From: Macrostomum lignano
Lineage: Eukaryota
Length of the DNA stretch: 64,000 nucleotides
Direction of reading: 5' to 3'
Assembly: GCA_002269645.1 (NCBI GenBank)
Contig: NIVC01000090.1
Coordinates: 124,001-188,000, forward strand
Shown: positions 23,925 to 37,700 of the stretch, one piece after another
Position numbering within the stretch: the stretch's first letter is position 1
How the letters are laid out: every line of letters starts with the position of its first letter
Translations under genes and position numbers: made by a program
The notes under the pieces: generated by a model
The model's input: only the letters and a program-made list of their open reading frames with translations
Database searches by the model: none
Told to the model about the DNA's origin: nothing

Positions 23925-24650
23925 AGTGAAGTCGATCCCAACTCAGTGAAATCCCAACTCAATGAAATCCCAACTCAGTGAAATCCCAACTTAATGAAAT
24001 CCTCACTCAATGAAATCCCAACTCAGTGAAATCCCAACTCAGTGAAATCCCAACTCAATGAAATCCGAACTCAGTCAAATCCTCAGTCAGTCAAATCCCA
24101 ACTCAGTAAAATACCAACTCAGTCAAATCCCAACTCAGTCAAATCCCAACTCAGTAAAATACCAACTCAGTCAAATCCCAACTCAGTAAAATACCAACTC
24201 AGTGAAATCCCAACTCAGTGAAATCCCAACTCAATGAAATCCGAACTCAGTCAAATCCTCAGTCAGTCAAATCCCAACTCAGTGAAATCCCAACTCAGTG
24301 AAATCCCAACTCAGTCAAATCCCAACTCAGTCAAATCCCAACTCAGTGAAATCCCAACTCAGTCAAATCCCAACTCAGTCAAATCCCAACTCAGTCAAAT
24401 CCCAACTCAGTCAAATCCCAACTCAGTGAAATCCCAGTCCCAACTCAGTGAAATCCCAACTCAGTGAAATCCCAGTCCCAACTCAGTGAAATCCCAACTC
24501 AGTGAAATCTCTCAACTCATTGAAATCCTTACTTAGTGAAATAACAACTTAGTCATCCCCAACTCATTGAAATCGTCCCACGGTGAAAACTCCCCTCAGT
24601 GAAATAACCACTTTGTGAACTCCCAACTTACCCAGTGAAATCCAAACTTA
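23925..24650. repeat. 16-bp minisatellite (agtgaaatcccaactc)
   Basis: Tandem periodicity; same family as 32760-33325. Confidence 0.95.
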
Positions 24651-24836
24651 TAAGCAGGTCAAATTTTCATATATTTTAATGATAGTAACTTTTTAATTTC
24701 ACTACTTTAATAAAAGTATGCAGGTATTTCATAGACTGTAGTAGATGCCCTCTTTGTTGTTGTTTAATAAATAAAAGTTATTTTGAAAACCAATTTAAGA
24801 TGATTTTTGGTATTATTTTTTTCTTCTTAGCTTGGC

Positions 24837-25305
24837 CCACAGAAACTATAATAACTAAGATGGGCCACTCAGCACATTTGCATGTAAACTACTTTCAGTT
24901 CAGTAGTAAGTGAAACAGAAGTATTTTAATGCATTTTTAAAGCCAAGGCTCACTTATTGGCTCTTAACCCCCAGCTTAAACCCTCCAATCGCGCCTTTCC
25001 ACACTACCCCCCCCCCACCGGACCCGCCCCACCCCAATTTTTATTGCCTTTCTCGGAATTCCAGCCTAAAGCGGGCATGTACATTTATTTCAGTGGACTG
25101 GCTAATGTACATTATTGCTGAACCAATTTAGCAAGTTGTTTGCGCCTGCAAGCTTGGGCTTCTAAACTTATCAAAGTCATTTCAGCGCCTAGTATTTTTA
25201 TAAAATAGCTTATGTATTCTTCTTTGCTACTGAACTGAAAGTAGAAAGCTGTTCTACTAAGTATATATGCCTGAGTTGCCCATCTAGTTATTTTAGTATC
25301 TGTGG
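24837..25305. mobile_element. MITE/foldback-like element with imperfect inverted arms of about 70 bp
   Basis: 24837-24907 is the approximate reverse complement of 25226-25305, including an exact 18-mer ctactttcagttcagtag; no TSD seen. Confidence 0.55.
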
Positions 25306-25944
25306 CTTGGACCATTTGATTATTAATTTATTAAACTTGATTGTTGTATAGGTATAGTTAATTGGAAATTATTTTTACTACTGTTAGTAGGTTTATAATG
25401 CTGTTTAAAATTAAAATGTGTTTTGGCGCCATTTTTCATGTTTGCTTTTTAAGTTGCAAACTGCTCATAGACATCAAGTCTTTCATTTCGTTTAGTTCTT
25501 CGTTAGCAATTTATAGTAATTAATTTAATATAATCATTTTCTTCAGATTACAATTATTTAGTTTACAATCCTACTTCCCGTTTTTTATAGAAAAAAATGA
25601 TTTATAGTTAAAAACCAGTGAATTGTAAATATTCACTATAAAGTGTGAAATTTATATCACTGTCCATATAGCCAGTTTAATTTTTTTTGTAGTTTAACAG
25701 CTTCGTAGGATTTTTTTAGAAAAATACATTAGAATATAGTTTTGAGTGTTTAACTTGCTGTTGTTTTACAGTACTGTTATTATTATTATTCGTTTGCTTG
25801 CCTAAATCATTTTTTGTATATTGTAACTCTCTTGATCATTTTTAATCATCGATTAAAAAAAACTAAATCATCGATACACTTTATGGCTATTAAGTGTATC
25901 GATGATTTGTACTTTTAACCTTTGTATCCTAAAATATAAAAACT

Positions 25945-26640
25945 GTCATTTTGAATTGTGAATAAGGTCGTGTGGCTGTTATTTTGAATGAGTGAATAAG
26001 GGTTATGTGACTGTCATTTTGAATGAGTGAATAAGGGTTATGTGACTGTCATTTTGAATGAGTGAATAAGGGTTATGTGACTGTCATTTTGAATGAGTGA
26101 ATAAGGGTTATGTGACTGTCATTTTGAATGAGTTAATAGGGGTTATGTGACTGTCATTTTGAATGAGTGAATAAGGGTTATGTGACTGTCATTTTGAATG
26201 AGTGAATAAGGGTTATGTGACTGTCATTTTGAATGAGTGAGTAAGGGTTATGTGACTGTCATTTTGAATATGTGAATAAGGGTTATGTGACTGTCATTTT
26301 GAATGTGTGAATAGGGGTTGTGTGACTGTCATTTTGAATGTGTGAATAGGGGTTGTGTGACTCATTTTGAATGTGTAAATAAGGGTTGTGTGACTGTCAT
26401 TTTGAATGTGTGAATGAGGGTTATGTGACTGTCATTTTGAATGTGTGAATGAGGGTTGTGTGAATAAGGGTTGTGTGACTGTCATTTTGAATGTGTGAAT
26501 GCGGGTTATGTGACTGTTATTTTGAATGTGTTAATGATGGTTGTGTGACTGTCATTTTGAATGTGTGAATGCGGGTTATGTGACTGTTATTTTGAATGTG
26601 TGAATGACGGTTGTGTGACTCATTTTGAATGTGTGAGTGT
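25945..26640. repeat. 35-bp minisatellite (gtcattttgaatgagtgaataagggttatgtgact)
   Basis: Tandem periodicity. Confidence 0.95.
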
Positions 26641-27173
26641 GAATAAAGTGTGATTCGCAATACAAATGTGTGAATTAAGGCTCGTGAATCGCCTTAACAG
26701 ATTTGTGACTGCTGAGTCTAAATGAGTCTAAATAATAACCTGTAGTCATTTTAAATGTGTCTAAAATATTTATGTAGAATTTTAGCGCATTGTTTATTAC
26801 TGCATATTTTCTGATTAGTAAGATATTGAAGAACAAAGTACTTTTCATGTACTTTTCGCTAACTTACCTTAGCTTTCTCGTGTACTTCGAACTAGTAAAT
26901 GTTATTTTTCCAATCTGATCATCAATCCTGCTAAGACAGCAGAGTTTCAAAACAAATAATAACTAGCTTTTGGAAAGTAATATACCTTATTTTACCGACT
27001 CGTGTAGCCTAGCTAGGGACTTTTTTATCCCTTGTTTTAAATTCGGTTCTTGAGTCTTTTATTGAATTTTTTAAAACTTACTTTTCAATTTACTTTCTGT
27101 CGCCTGATGTCTCGGATTAAGAAATTGTTCATATTTGAATAAACTAATTTTTTCATGCCAACTAGTTTTCACG

Positions 27174-27417
27174 ATGAAAGGCAGTTTTAAACCGGGCGAT
27201 CTGGTATTTAACATTGAGCCCTACGCTGTTGTGGTGAACTCTGGTCACCGATTGACTCGCTGCGATCACTGCCTGAGTGAGGGCGAGCGGAAGTGCTCTG
27301 CTTGCAAAGCGGTGAGTCATCCTGTCTGTCTGTCTTAGTGTCTGTCTTAGTGTCTGTCTGTATTGTCTGTATGAGTGTCTGTCTTGTCTGTCTGTCTTGT
27401 CTGTCTGTCTGTCTGTA

Positions 27418-27455
<38 letters not shown>

Positions 27456-30070
27456 GCCTGTCTTAGTGTCTGTCTGTCTGCCTGTCTATCTGTCTGTCTG
27501 TCTGTTTGTCTGTGTGTCTATGTCTATATGTCATATTTTTATAGTTTTATAGTTTTTACACTCAATTTACCCTCTCATATAACCGCTGTGCATTTTATTA
27601 CCCGCACAGATCGTCTACTGCAGTCGAGACTGTCAGAAAGCTGCCTGGCGACTCCACCACAAGTTGGAGTGCCGCTGCCTGTCCAACCACCGACCGAACG
27701 TGCCCTCGGAATCGGGCAGGCTCTTTCTGAAGCTCCTGTTTCGTAGCGTCGGCGCTATCGGAATTGGCGACGATCACGAAGGCGCCGTCTGGCGCGATTC
27801 TGCCGGCTTAAGACTTTTTAAAGATCTGATGAGTCACGTTGATGAATTGCGAGCTGATGAAGCTCGGATGCTGGCATTTGGTGAATTGTGCCAGTCTATT
27901 CGAGTGTTCACTGCGGGCGTTATCAATGCCGACAGTTTTCCTAGCGGCGATTCCTTGCTTGAACTGTTTGGACGCATGGTTATTAACGCTTTCTCTGTGC
28001 CGGTGAGTTGAGCTAGCCAGGGTTAAGCTGATTCGGCTGCGGTTAGTACACACGTACAAGTGGCCTGCTTGCTTGAGATTTAATCTGCAAAAAATGTGAA
28101 CTTTTTTATCTTGGAAGATAAGAGAGTTCAGTGTCTCTCTCTCTCTCTCCCTCTCCCTCCCCCTCTCTCTCCCTCCCTCCCTCTCTCTCTTTTTTTTCTC
28201 CCTGACTCTCTGATCTCTCCCTGACTCTCAGATCTCTCCCTGACTCTCTTGTCTCCCTGACTCTCAGATCTCTCCCTGACTCTCTTGTCTCCCTGACTCT
28301 CAGATCTCTCTCTGACTCACTTGTCTCCCTGACTCTCAGATCTCTCTCTGACTCACTTGTCTCCCTGACTCTCAGATCTCTCTCTGACTCACTTGTCTCC
28401 CTGACTCTCAGATCTCTCTCTGACTCACTTGTCTCCCTGACTCTCAGACCTCTCCCTGACTCACTTGTCTCCCTGACTCTCTGATCTCGATCTGAGTCTC
28501 TTGTCTCCCTGACTCTCTGATCTCGATCTGAGTCTCTTGTCTCCCTGACTCTCTGATCTCGATCTGAGTCTCTTGTATCCCTGACTCTCTTGTCTCACTG
28601 ACTCTCTGATCTCTCCGTGACTCTCTTGTTTCACTGACTCTAATCTTCTTGACTCTCCTATCTCAAGTAATTGAGTACTTCATTTTTTAGTTTGATCCAT
28701 TTATCGATTCTCCACCACTGCAGGACTCATTTGGCGTTCAAATCGGTACCGCAATTTGCCTGTCAGCCTCCGTGCTAGATCACAGCTGCCAGCCCAATGT
28801 TCACGCCTATTTCCAATCCGGCAAACTGTTAGTTAAATGCCTGACTAATGTTAACAGATTTGATCAATTAAGAATCAACTATTGCAGTTTAATGTACACC
28901 TGGAAACAGCGTAGGGAGACTCTACTTAGTCAGTACTATTTTGAGTGCAATTGTTCGCTTTGTAGCGAATATCTGATGCAAAATTCTTCGGAGCCAGACG
29001 AACTGAAGTGCAGTAAAACTGCCTGCCAAGGCGTTTGTACTGCTGTTGTTGATGGTGAGTACGTCTAACCGTCCAAACCTCCACACCCTCCCTTTCTACA
29101 CCCTTCCAAATGCCTTCCCACACGCAATTCTACACACTCACTGAACTTTCCACACACCTACACACTCGTACACACCCTCCCACACACCCTCCTACGCACC
29201 CTTCCACACACCCACACACCATACTACACACCCAAACACTCTACTACACACCCTTCCACACACCCTCCCTCACAGCCTCCCACACACCCTCCTACACACC
29301 CTTCCACACACCCTCCCTCACACCCTCCCACACACCCTCCCATGCACCCTCCACACCCATCACACATCTTGATCCCACACCCTTCCCATCTGCCCTTCCG
29401 CATAGCTTCCCATACACCCACACAAGCATACCCTCGCCAGATTGTGAAAACAAAAGCGCAGACTAATTTCAACTGCACCCTCGCACACGAGTCTCCACAA
29501 TTTCCTGTCGCCTTGTCAGGCTCAACCCAAGCGGTCACCGGGCATTCAGTTTGCGAGCTGTGCGCCTCTCAGCCAGCCAGTCTGGACCCCAGCCTAATTC
29601 AATCTTGGCGCAATCAACTTCAACTGGAATTGGCTAATAAGTCCGATACGAGCAATAATAGCGATTCTAACGTCGTTAATCGTCGTAAAGCGTTGCTTAG
29701 CAACCAGGAAAATCCTCTACATCCTCAGCACAAGCTGTGCGCTCAACTGTTCGACTCTCTGTACTCAAACTGCCTGAGCAAATCCGATTGGACTGAAGCT
29801 CAAAAGATTGGCGAAGAAATTTTATTACCAGCTAGAAAGCGTCATCTGGGTTCGTTGCTATGGCAACAGCACGACTCTGGTTTGTTGCTATACGAACTAG
29901 GCCGGTTAGCTAACAATCAGATGCAGCTGCGTCAAGCACTGGGTCGTTTCGAGCAGGCTGAATCGATTTTTAATTTAACAGTCGAGTCTGACGCACCAGC
30001 CCTACTAAGTCTCCGGTATCAAATTATCAAGACTAAGTCCGAAATTCTGGCTGTCGAGCAGAGTGGCTGA
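27174..30070 (+). CDS. SMYD2/3-like SET and MYND domain protein (about 470 aa; N-terminus may be incomplete)
   Basis: Exons 27174-27311, 27610-28002, 28724-29054, 29520-30070 splice in frame. MYND CDHC..CSAC..YCSRDCQ..W..HH..EC; SET DHSCQPN; post-[13 protein letters not shown]; helical C-terminal domain. Confidence 0.88.
27320..27520. repeat. Degenerate (CTGT)n in SMYD intron 1
   Basis: Direct. Confidence 0.9.
28130..28660. repeat. CT-rich minisatellite of about 36 bp in SMYD intron 2
   Basis: Unit ctccctgactctcagatctctctctgactcacttgt. Confidence 0.9.
29070..29420. repeat. C/A-rich low-complexity repeat in SMYD intron 3
   Basis: cacaccctcc-type reiteration. Confidence 0.85.
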
Positions 30071-30199
30071 TTTTTACTATTAATACTACTGCTGTTGCTA
30101 TCAATTTTACTATTTAGCATTGATATAACATTCAAATACATTTGCCTGCATTTTATGCCTACTTATACTTAATACGAGTGCGTTATAAATTTTAATTAA

Positions 30200-31650
30200 A
30201 TTATGATCAGACACTGCAGACTATGATGAGACACTATAGATTATGATCGGACGCTGTTGATTATGATCGGACACTATAAATTATGATCAGACACTATACA
30301 TTATGATCAGACGCTAAAAATTATGATCAGACACTATAGATTATGATCAGACACTATACATTATGATCAGACGCTAAAAATTATGATCAGACACTATAGA
30401 TTATGATCAGACACTATAGATTATGATCAGATGCTATAAATTATAATCAGACACTATAAATTATGATCAGACACTATACATTATGATCAGACGCTATAAA
30501 TTATGATCAGACACTATACATTATGATCAGACGCTATAAATTATGATCAGACACTAAACATTATGATCAGACACTATACATTATGATCAGACGCTATAAA
30601 TTATGATCAGACACTAAACATTATGATCAGACACTATAGATTATGATCAGACACTTTAAATTATGATCAGACACTATAGATTATAATCAGACACTATACA
30701 TTATGATCAGACGCTATAAATTATGATCAGACACTATACATTATGATCAGACGCTATAAATTATGATCAGACACTATACATTATGATCAGACGCTATAAA
30801 TTATGATCAGACACTAAACATTATGATCAGACACTATAGATGATGATCAGATGCTAAAAATTATAATCAGACACTATAGATTATGATCAGACACTATAGA
30901 TTATGATCAGACACTTTAAATTATGATCAGACACTATAGATTATAATCAGACACTATACATTATGATCAGACGCTAAAAATTATGATCAGACACTATAGA
31001 TTATGATCAGACACTATAGATTATGATCAGACACTATAGATTATGATCAGACACTATAAATTATAATCAGACACTATAGATTATGATCAGACACTATAGA
31101 TTATGATCAGACACTATAGATTATGATCAGACACTATAAATTATGATCAGACACTATAGATTATAATCAGACACTATACATTATGATCAGACGCTAAAAA
31201 TTATGATCAGACACTATAGATTATGATCAGACACTATAGATTATGAATTATGATCAGACACTATAGATTATGAATTATGATCAGACACTATAAATTATGA
31301 TCAGACACTATAGATTATGATCAGATGCTAGAAATTATAATCAGACACTATACATTATGATCAGACACTATAAATTATGATCAGACACTATAGATTATGA
31401 TCAGATGCTACAAATTATGATCAGACACTATAAATTATGATCAGACACTATACATTATGATCAGACGCTATAAATTATGATCAGACACTAAACATTATGA
31501 TCAGACACTATAGATTATGATCAGATGCTATAAATTATAATCAGACACTATAGATTATGATCAGACACTATAAATTATGATCAGACACTATAGATTATGA
31601 GCAGACACTATCGATTATGAGCAGCACTATCGATTATGAGCAGCACTATT
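30200..31650. repeat. 20-bp minisatellite (attatgatcagacactatag), about 70 copies
   Basis: Tandem periodicity between SMYD and LONP1. Confidence 0.97.
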
Positions 31651-31741
31651 GATAAACCAGCCTGCATATCAAAGACATATTTATGAGTGAAAAGGCAATA
31701 TTTGATCTCATATTTCTGCTAACTCTCTGAGTCAGAAGAGA

Positions 31742-34700
31742 ATGTCTTCACAACTATTATTTAGAATGGGTGTCGGCTCATCCAGAAGCGGTCTTGGTGT
31801 CGGAATTTCGACGCTACTAAGTCGCAGCTATGGTTCTATTGCGTCGTCAACTTCTAGACGAATCGTACTGAAAATGTCGAGTAATAATTTACGTCGAGAA
31901 AGTTTATTAACTACCGCAGCAGCTGTTAATAGTGCTTTAAATAATCATTACAATAAATCGAGATTCTATTGTTCGAACTCTTCGTCTTCGAATTCCGACG
32001 GCGGAGGCGGCGACGATTCTGCTGGCGACGCTTCGTCATCGTCTGGGGGGAGCTCCGCCGGCGACAACTCGGACGATCCGGGGGATTCTTCTGGTGAGTG
32101 ACGGTTAAAAAAATTGATTTATTGAGGCTGTCTTTAGTGAAGAGACAGAGAGTTGCAGCCTAGTGGTTAGGAACGTGGGACTCACGACTTGAAGGTCGGT
32201 AGTTCGATTCTCGGCCCACTCGGAATAGTTTGTGTCCTTGAGCCAAGAGACTTTTAACTCTGCTTTGCTTCAGTCCACCCAGCTGAATTTGGCGACCCCC
32301 AACAGTCCTTGGACTGAACAGCCGTACGCAGCCTGCAGATGCGCCCCGCGATAGCTGCGGCTGAGCTGTCGGTTGCACATCTGGCCCATTATGCAGGTGT
32401 AATCAATTTTTTGTATATATAGCTAGTAAGTTTAGACAAAACGACTCAATAGATCCATTCTCTTCTAAACTAATTCCTTAAGAGCCTGGCGATGCCTGAT
32501 ACTAGACGCAACATGTCGCTTATCGAAAGATATCACAGTGACAAAAATCGCTAAAAAGTCGTTGCAAACATATCTTAAATGACTCTCGTCTAGCAACTCT
32601 GGGGCGACTCTTGGGACTTTTTAGCGACTCAAACGCGTCTGATGCGACAGAGAGGCGGCTGTTGCGTCATAATCGCGTCACGTGAACTTTCGCTAGAGAT
32701 TTATACGAGCTTATGTGACTGGAATTCGTCAAGCGACGCAAATGCGCTTCAAACACAACCCAGTGAAATCCAAACTTAGTGAAATCCCAACTCAGTGAAA
32801 TCCCAACTCAGTGAAATCCAAACTTAGTGAAATCCCAACTCAGTGAAATCCCAACTCAGTGAAATCCAAACTTAGTGAAATCCCAACTCAGTGAAATCCC
32901 AACTCAGTGAAATCCAAACTTAGTGAAATCCCAACTCAGTGAAATCCCAACTCAGTGAAATCCAAACTTAGTGAAATCCCAACTCAGTGAAATCTCAACC
33001 CAGTGAAATCCCAAATTAGTGAAATCCCAACTTAGTGAAATACCAACTTAGTGAAATCCCAACTTAGTGAAATCCCAACTTAGTGAAATACCAACTTAGT
33101 GAAATCCAAACTTAGTGAAATACCAACTCAGTGAAATCCCAACTTAGTGAAATACCAACTCAGTGAAATCCCAACTTAGTGAAATACCAACTTAGTGAAA
33201 TCCCAACTTAGTGAAATACCAACTCAGTGAAATACCAACTTAGTGAAATCCAAACTTAATGAAATCCCAACTCAGTGAAATCCCAACTCAGTGAAATCCC
33301 AACTTAGTGAAATACCAACTCAGTGTACATGAGAGTGTACATGCCTGACGATTAGATAGTCAAAGGGCTGCTGTACACCCTGTATGAGTGCGTGCCTGAC
33401 TACAGTATTGGCCCGCTTGCATGTGCTCAGGAGTCAGCGGGATGGGCAGAATTGCCGTCAGCTCTGGTTGTGGGACATTTTCTACCACTTAAGGAATTAA
33501 GAACCGATATCTTCGCTACCGCAATAATTTTCATTTTCAAACGCTACAGGTCGACCACCTCCGCCGCCCCTGTTCGCCCCTGGCCCAGGCCAGATGGCGC
33601 TGACAGTCAACGCTGTGCCAGAAAATTTCCCAATTGTACCAACTATTGTGATTGGCAAGAATCCGGTGTTTCCCAAATTTGTCCGATTGATTGAACTCGA
33701 AGATCCTCAGTTGATTCGTCTCATAATGCGTCGAGTTCATCTCGGTCTGCCTTACGCTGGCGTGTTCTTGAAGCGCAGCTCAGACGATCCCAATTATCCT
33801 CAGGCAGCTGATTCTCTTGACGATATCTATCAGGTTGGCACATTTGTGCAGATCACCGAGCTGCAGGATCTGGGAGACAAACTGCGACTATTGCTGTTGG
33901 GGCATCGACGGATTCAGATTGTTAAACAGGTAGGAAAATCTATAAATAACTGATTAAGACCCTTTATTTTGATTTAATTACCTTTTTAAGTGCTTGCTAG
34001 AATTTTTTTGAGTTTTCAACTCAACATCTCAAAGCCGCCTTGGGAATCAGCCCTCATCCACTATGAGAATCTGATCTTATCCACTATGAGGATCAGCTCT
34101 CATCCACTATGAGGATCAGGTCATCCACTATGAGAATCAGCTCTCATCCACTATGAGAATCAGCTCTCATCCACTATGAGGATCAGGTCATCCACTATGA
34201 GAATCAGCTCTCATCCACTATGAGAATCAGATCTTATCCACTATGAGAATCAGATCTCATCCACTATGAGAATCAGCTCTCATCCACTATGAGAATTAGA
34301 TCTTATCCACTATAAGAATCAGCTCTCATCCACTATGAGAATCAGATCTTATCCACTATGAAAACCAGCTCTCATCCACTATGAGAATCAGCTCTCATCC
34401 ACTATGAGAATCTGATCTTATCCACTATGAGAATCAGCTCTCATTCCCCTTCATCCAGGTCGAGGAGGACAACAATGGCAAGCCTCAGTATCAGGCCAGT
34501 GACTCATCTACAAACGGCCATGCGCAGTCACCTGCCAATGGTCGCAAGAAAGGCAGTGAGTGTTTTGCATTTGCTAGCAGCAGGCACTGAAGGGTCGGGG
34601 GGGGGGCAGCAGCAGGCACTGAAGCATCAGGGGAGGAGCAGCAGCAGGCACTGAAGCATCAGGACAGGGGCAGCAGGCACTGAAGCATCAGGACAGGGGC

Positions 34701-37700
34701 AGCAGCAGGCACTGAAGCATCAGGGGAGGAGCAGCAGCAGCAGGCACTGAAGCATCAGGGGAGGGGCAGCAGCAGGCACTGAAGCATCAGGGAAGGGGCA
34801 GCAGCAGGCACTGAAGCATCAGGGGAGGGGCAGCAGCAGGAACTGAAGCATCAGGACAGGGGCAGCAGCAGGCACTGAAGCATCAGGGCAGGAGCAGCAG
34901 CAGGCACTGAAGCATCAGGGGAGGGGCAGCAGCAGGCACTGAAGCATCAGGGGAGGGGCAGCAGCAGGCACTGAAGCATCAGGGGAGGGGCAGCAGCAGG
35001 CACTGAAGCATCAGGACAGGGGCAGCAGCAGGCACTGAAGCATCAGGGGAGGGGCAGCAGCAGGTTAAGTAGCATCCTGAAAGAGCCGACTCTCTGCATT
35101 TCAGTCGGCAAGTCCGGCTTCCGTCTGGGCAGTCTGTCCGGTTTCAACAATCGAGGCTCAGCTTCTCAGACGAAGTCGGCTGAATCACCCAGCAGCTCAG
35201 ATTTTGATGAAGCCTCTAAACAGCAGGACAGCAGTGGCCCGAGTGGCCGAGTGTTATTAGTAGAAACCGTGAACTGTTATCACAACGAGTTCACTCAAAA
35301 TGCCGAGATTAAAGCTTTGACAGCCGAGATAGTGAAGACTATCAGGGATTTGATCTCTTTAAATCCTATGTACCGAGAGACTGTGCTGGCGATGCTGGCC
35401 ACCGGGCAGAAGGTTGTCGACGATCCAATCTATCTGTGCGACCTTGGAGCCGCCCTGTGCTCAGCAAGCGAGCCAGCCGAATATCAGGCCATCCTAGAGG
35501 AGCCAGACATTCGCCAGCGGCTAATGCTATCCTTAGCCATGCTAAAGAAAGAATTGGAAATGTCCAGATTGCAGCATAAAATTGGCAAAGAAGTCGAAGA
35601 GAAGGTGAAGGAGCAGCACAGGAAGTACATGCTCCAGGAGCAGTTGAAGGCTATTAAAAAAGAGCTCGGATTAGAGAAGGAAGATAAAGACGCTATTGGT
35701 GAGAAATTTCGAGCCAGATTAGCTAATCTCACTGTGCCAGCTCACGTGACCGAGGTCATTAATGAGGAATTAAACAAGCTGAGCTTCTTGGATAATCATT
35801 CTTCCGAGTTTAACGTTACTAGAAACTACTTGGACTGGCTGACCAGCCTGCCTTGGGGAGTGTTTAGCGAGGAGAATCTCGATCTAGCTAGGGCTAGGTG
35901 AGTATTGCGCGCCTATAAATTGCTTTTTACATGTGTTTCTCCACCCACAAACTGTCTTCAAATTCGTCCCTCCTCATAATCGGCTTTTTAATCCACCCTG
36001 CAACCAGCCTTCAAATCCGCCCCTTTACAATCAGCCTTCAAATCCGCCCCATTACAATCAGCCTTCAAATCCGCCCCTATACAATCAGCCTTCAAATCCG
36101 CCCCTATACAATCAGCCTTCAAATCCGCCCCCTATACAATCAGCCTTCAAATCCGCCCCCTTACAATCAGCCTTCAAATCCGCCCCCTATACAATCAGCC
36201 TTCAAATCCGCCCCATTACAATCAGCCTTTAAATCCGCCCCCTTACAATCAGTCTTCAAATCCGCCCCCATTACAATCAGCCTTCAAATCCCCCCCCACA
36301 ATCAGCCTTCAAATCCGCATCCCTTACAGTCAGCCTTCAAATCCGCCCCCTTAAAATCAGCCTTCAAATCCCCCCATAATCAGCCTTCAAATCCGCCCCA
36401 TTACAATCAGCCTTCAAATCCGCCCCCTTACAATCAGCCTTCAAATCCGCCCCCATTACAATCAGCCTTCCAATCCGCCCCCATTACAATCAGCCTTCAA
36501 ATCCGCCCCATTACAATCAGCCTTCCAATCCGCCCCCATTACAATCAGCCTTCAAATCCGCCCCATTACAATCAGCCTTCAAATCCACCCCATTACAATC
36601 AGCCTTCCAATCCGCCCCTATACAATCAGCCTTCAAATCCGCACCCCATCTACGCACTGAAACACTCCAGAGAGATCCTCGAGCAAGATCACTACGGCAT
36701 GCAGGATGTGAAAAGCCGCATCTTGGAGTTCATCGCTGTCAGCCAACTGAAAGGCAGCACGCAGGGCAAGATACTCTGCTTTCACGGTCCGCCGGGAGTT
36801 GGCAAAACTTCTATCGCCCGTTCGATTGCTAAAGCTTTGAATAGGAAATACTTCCGGTTCTCAGTTGGCGGCATGTCTGACGTTAGCGAGATCAAAGGTC
36901 ACCGACGCACCTACGTTGGCGCCATGCCTGGCAAACTGATTCAGTGCTTGAAGAAAACCAAAACGGAAAATCCTCTGATTCTTATTGACGAGATTGACAA
37001 GCTGGGTCGGGGCTGGCAAGGCGACCCGTCATCCGCGCTGCTTGAACTTCTGGATCCGGAGCAGAATGTCAACTTTCTAGATCATTACCTGGACGTCACT
37101 GTTGACCTGTCTAAGGTGCTGTTTATCTGTACGGCTAATACTTTGGATACCATACCTGAGCCGCTGCGAGATCGCATGGAGATGATTGAAGTCAGCGGGT
37201 GAGTGACCTAGCTTAGAGAAGCATCTCTAGTCTGCTGCTGCCCCTCCCCTGATGCTTCAGTGCCTGCTGCTGCCCCTCCCCTGATGCTTCAGTGCCTGCT
37301 GCTGCCCCTCCCCTGATGCTTCAGTGCCTGCTGCTGCCCCTGTCCTGATGCTTCAGTGCCTGCTGCTACCCCTTCCCTAATGCTTCAGTTCCAGCTGCTG
37401 CCCCTGTCCTGATGCTTCAGTGCCTGCTGCTGCCCCTTCCCTGATGCTTCAGTGCCTGCTGCTGCCCCTGTCCTGATGCTTCAGTGCCTGCTGCTGCCCC
37501 TTCCCTGATGCTTCAGTGCCTGCTGCTGCCCCTGTCCTGATGCTTCAGTGCCTGCTGCTGCCCCTCCCCTGATGCTTCAGTGCCTGCTGCTGCCCCTCCC
37601 CTGATGCTTCAGTGCCTGCTGCTGCCCCTCCCCTGATGCTTCAGTGCCTGCTGCTGCCCCTCCCCTGATGCTTCAGTGCCTGCTGCTGCCCCTGCCCTGA

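Noticed and set aside
25112-25430. Minus-strand 67-aa ORF with a YY1-like aaaatggcg upstream
   Set aside because: The ORF overlaps the arm of the foldback element and has no recognisable domain.
35931-36670. Pro/Gln-rich N-terminal extension of the 423-aa Lon ORF
   Set aside because: Intron 4 minisatellite; the true exon starts at 36671.
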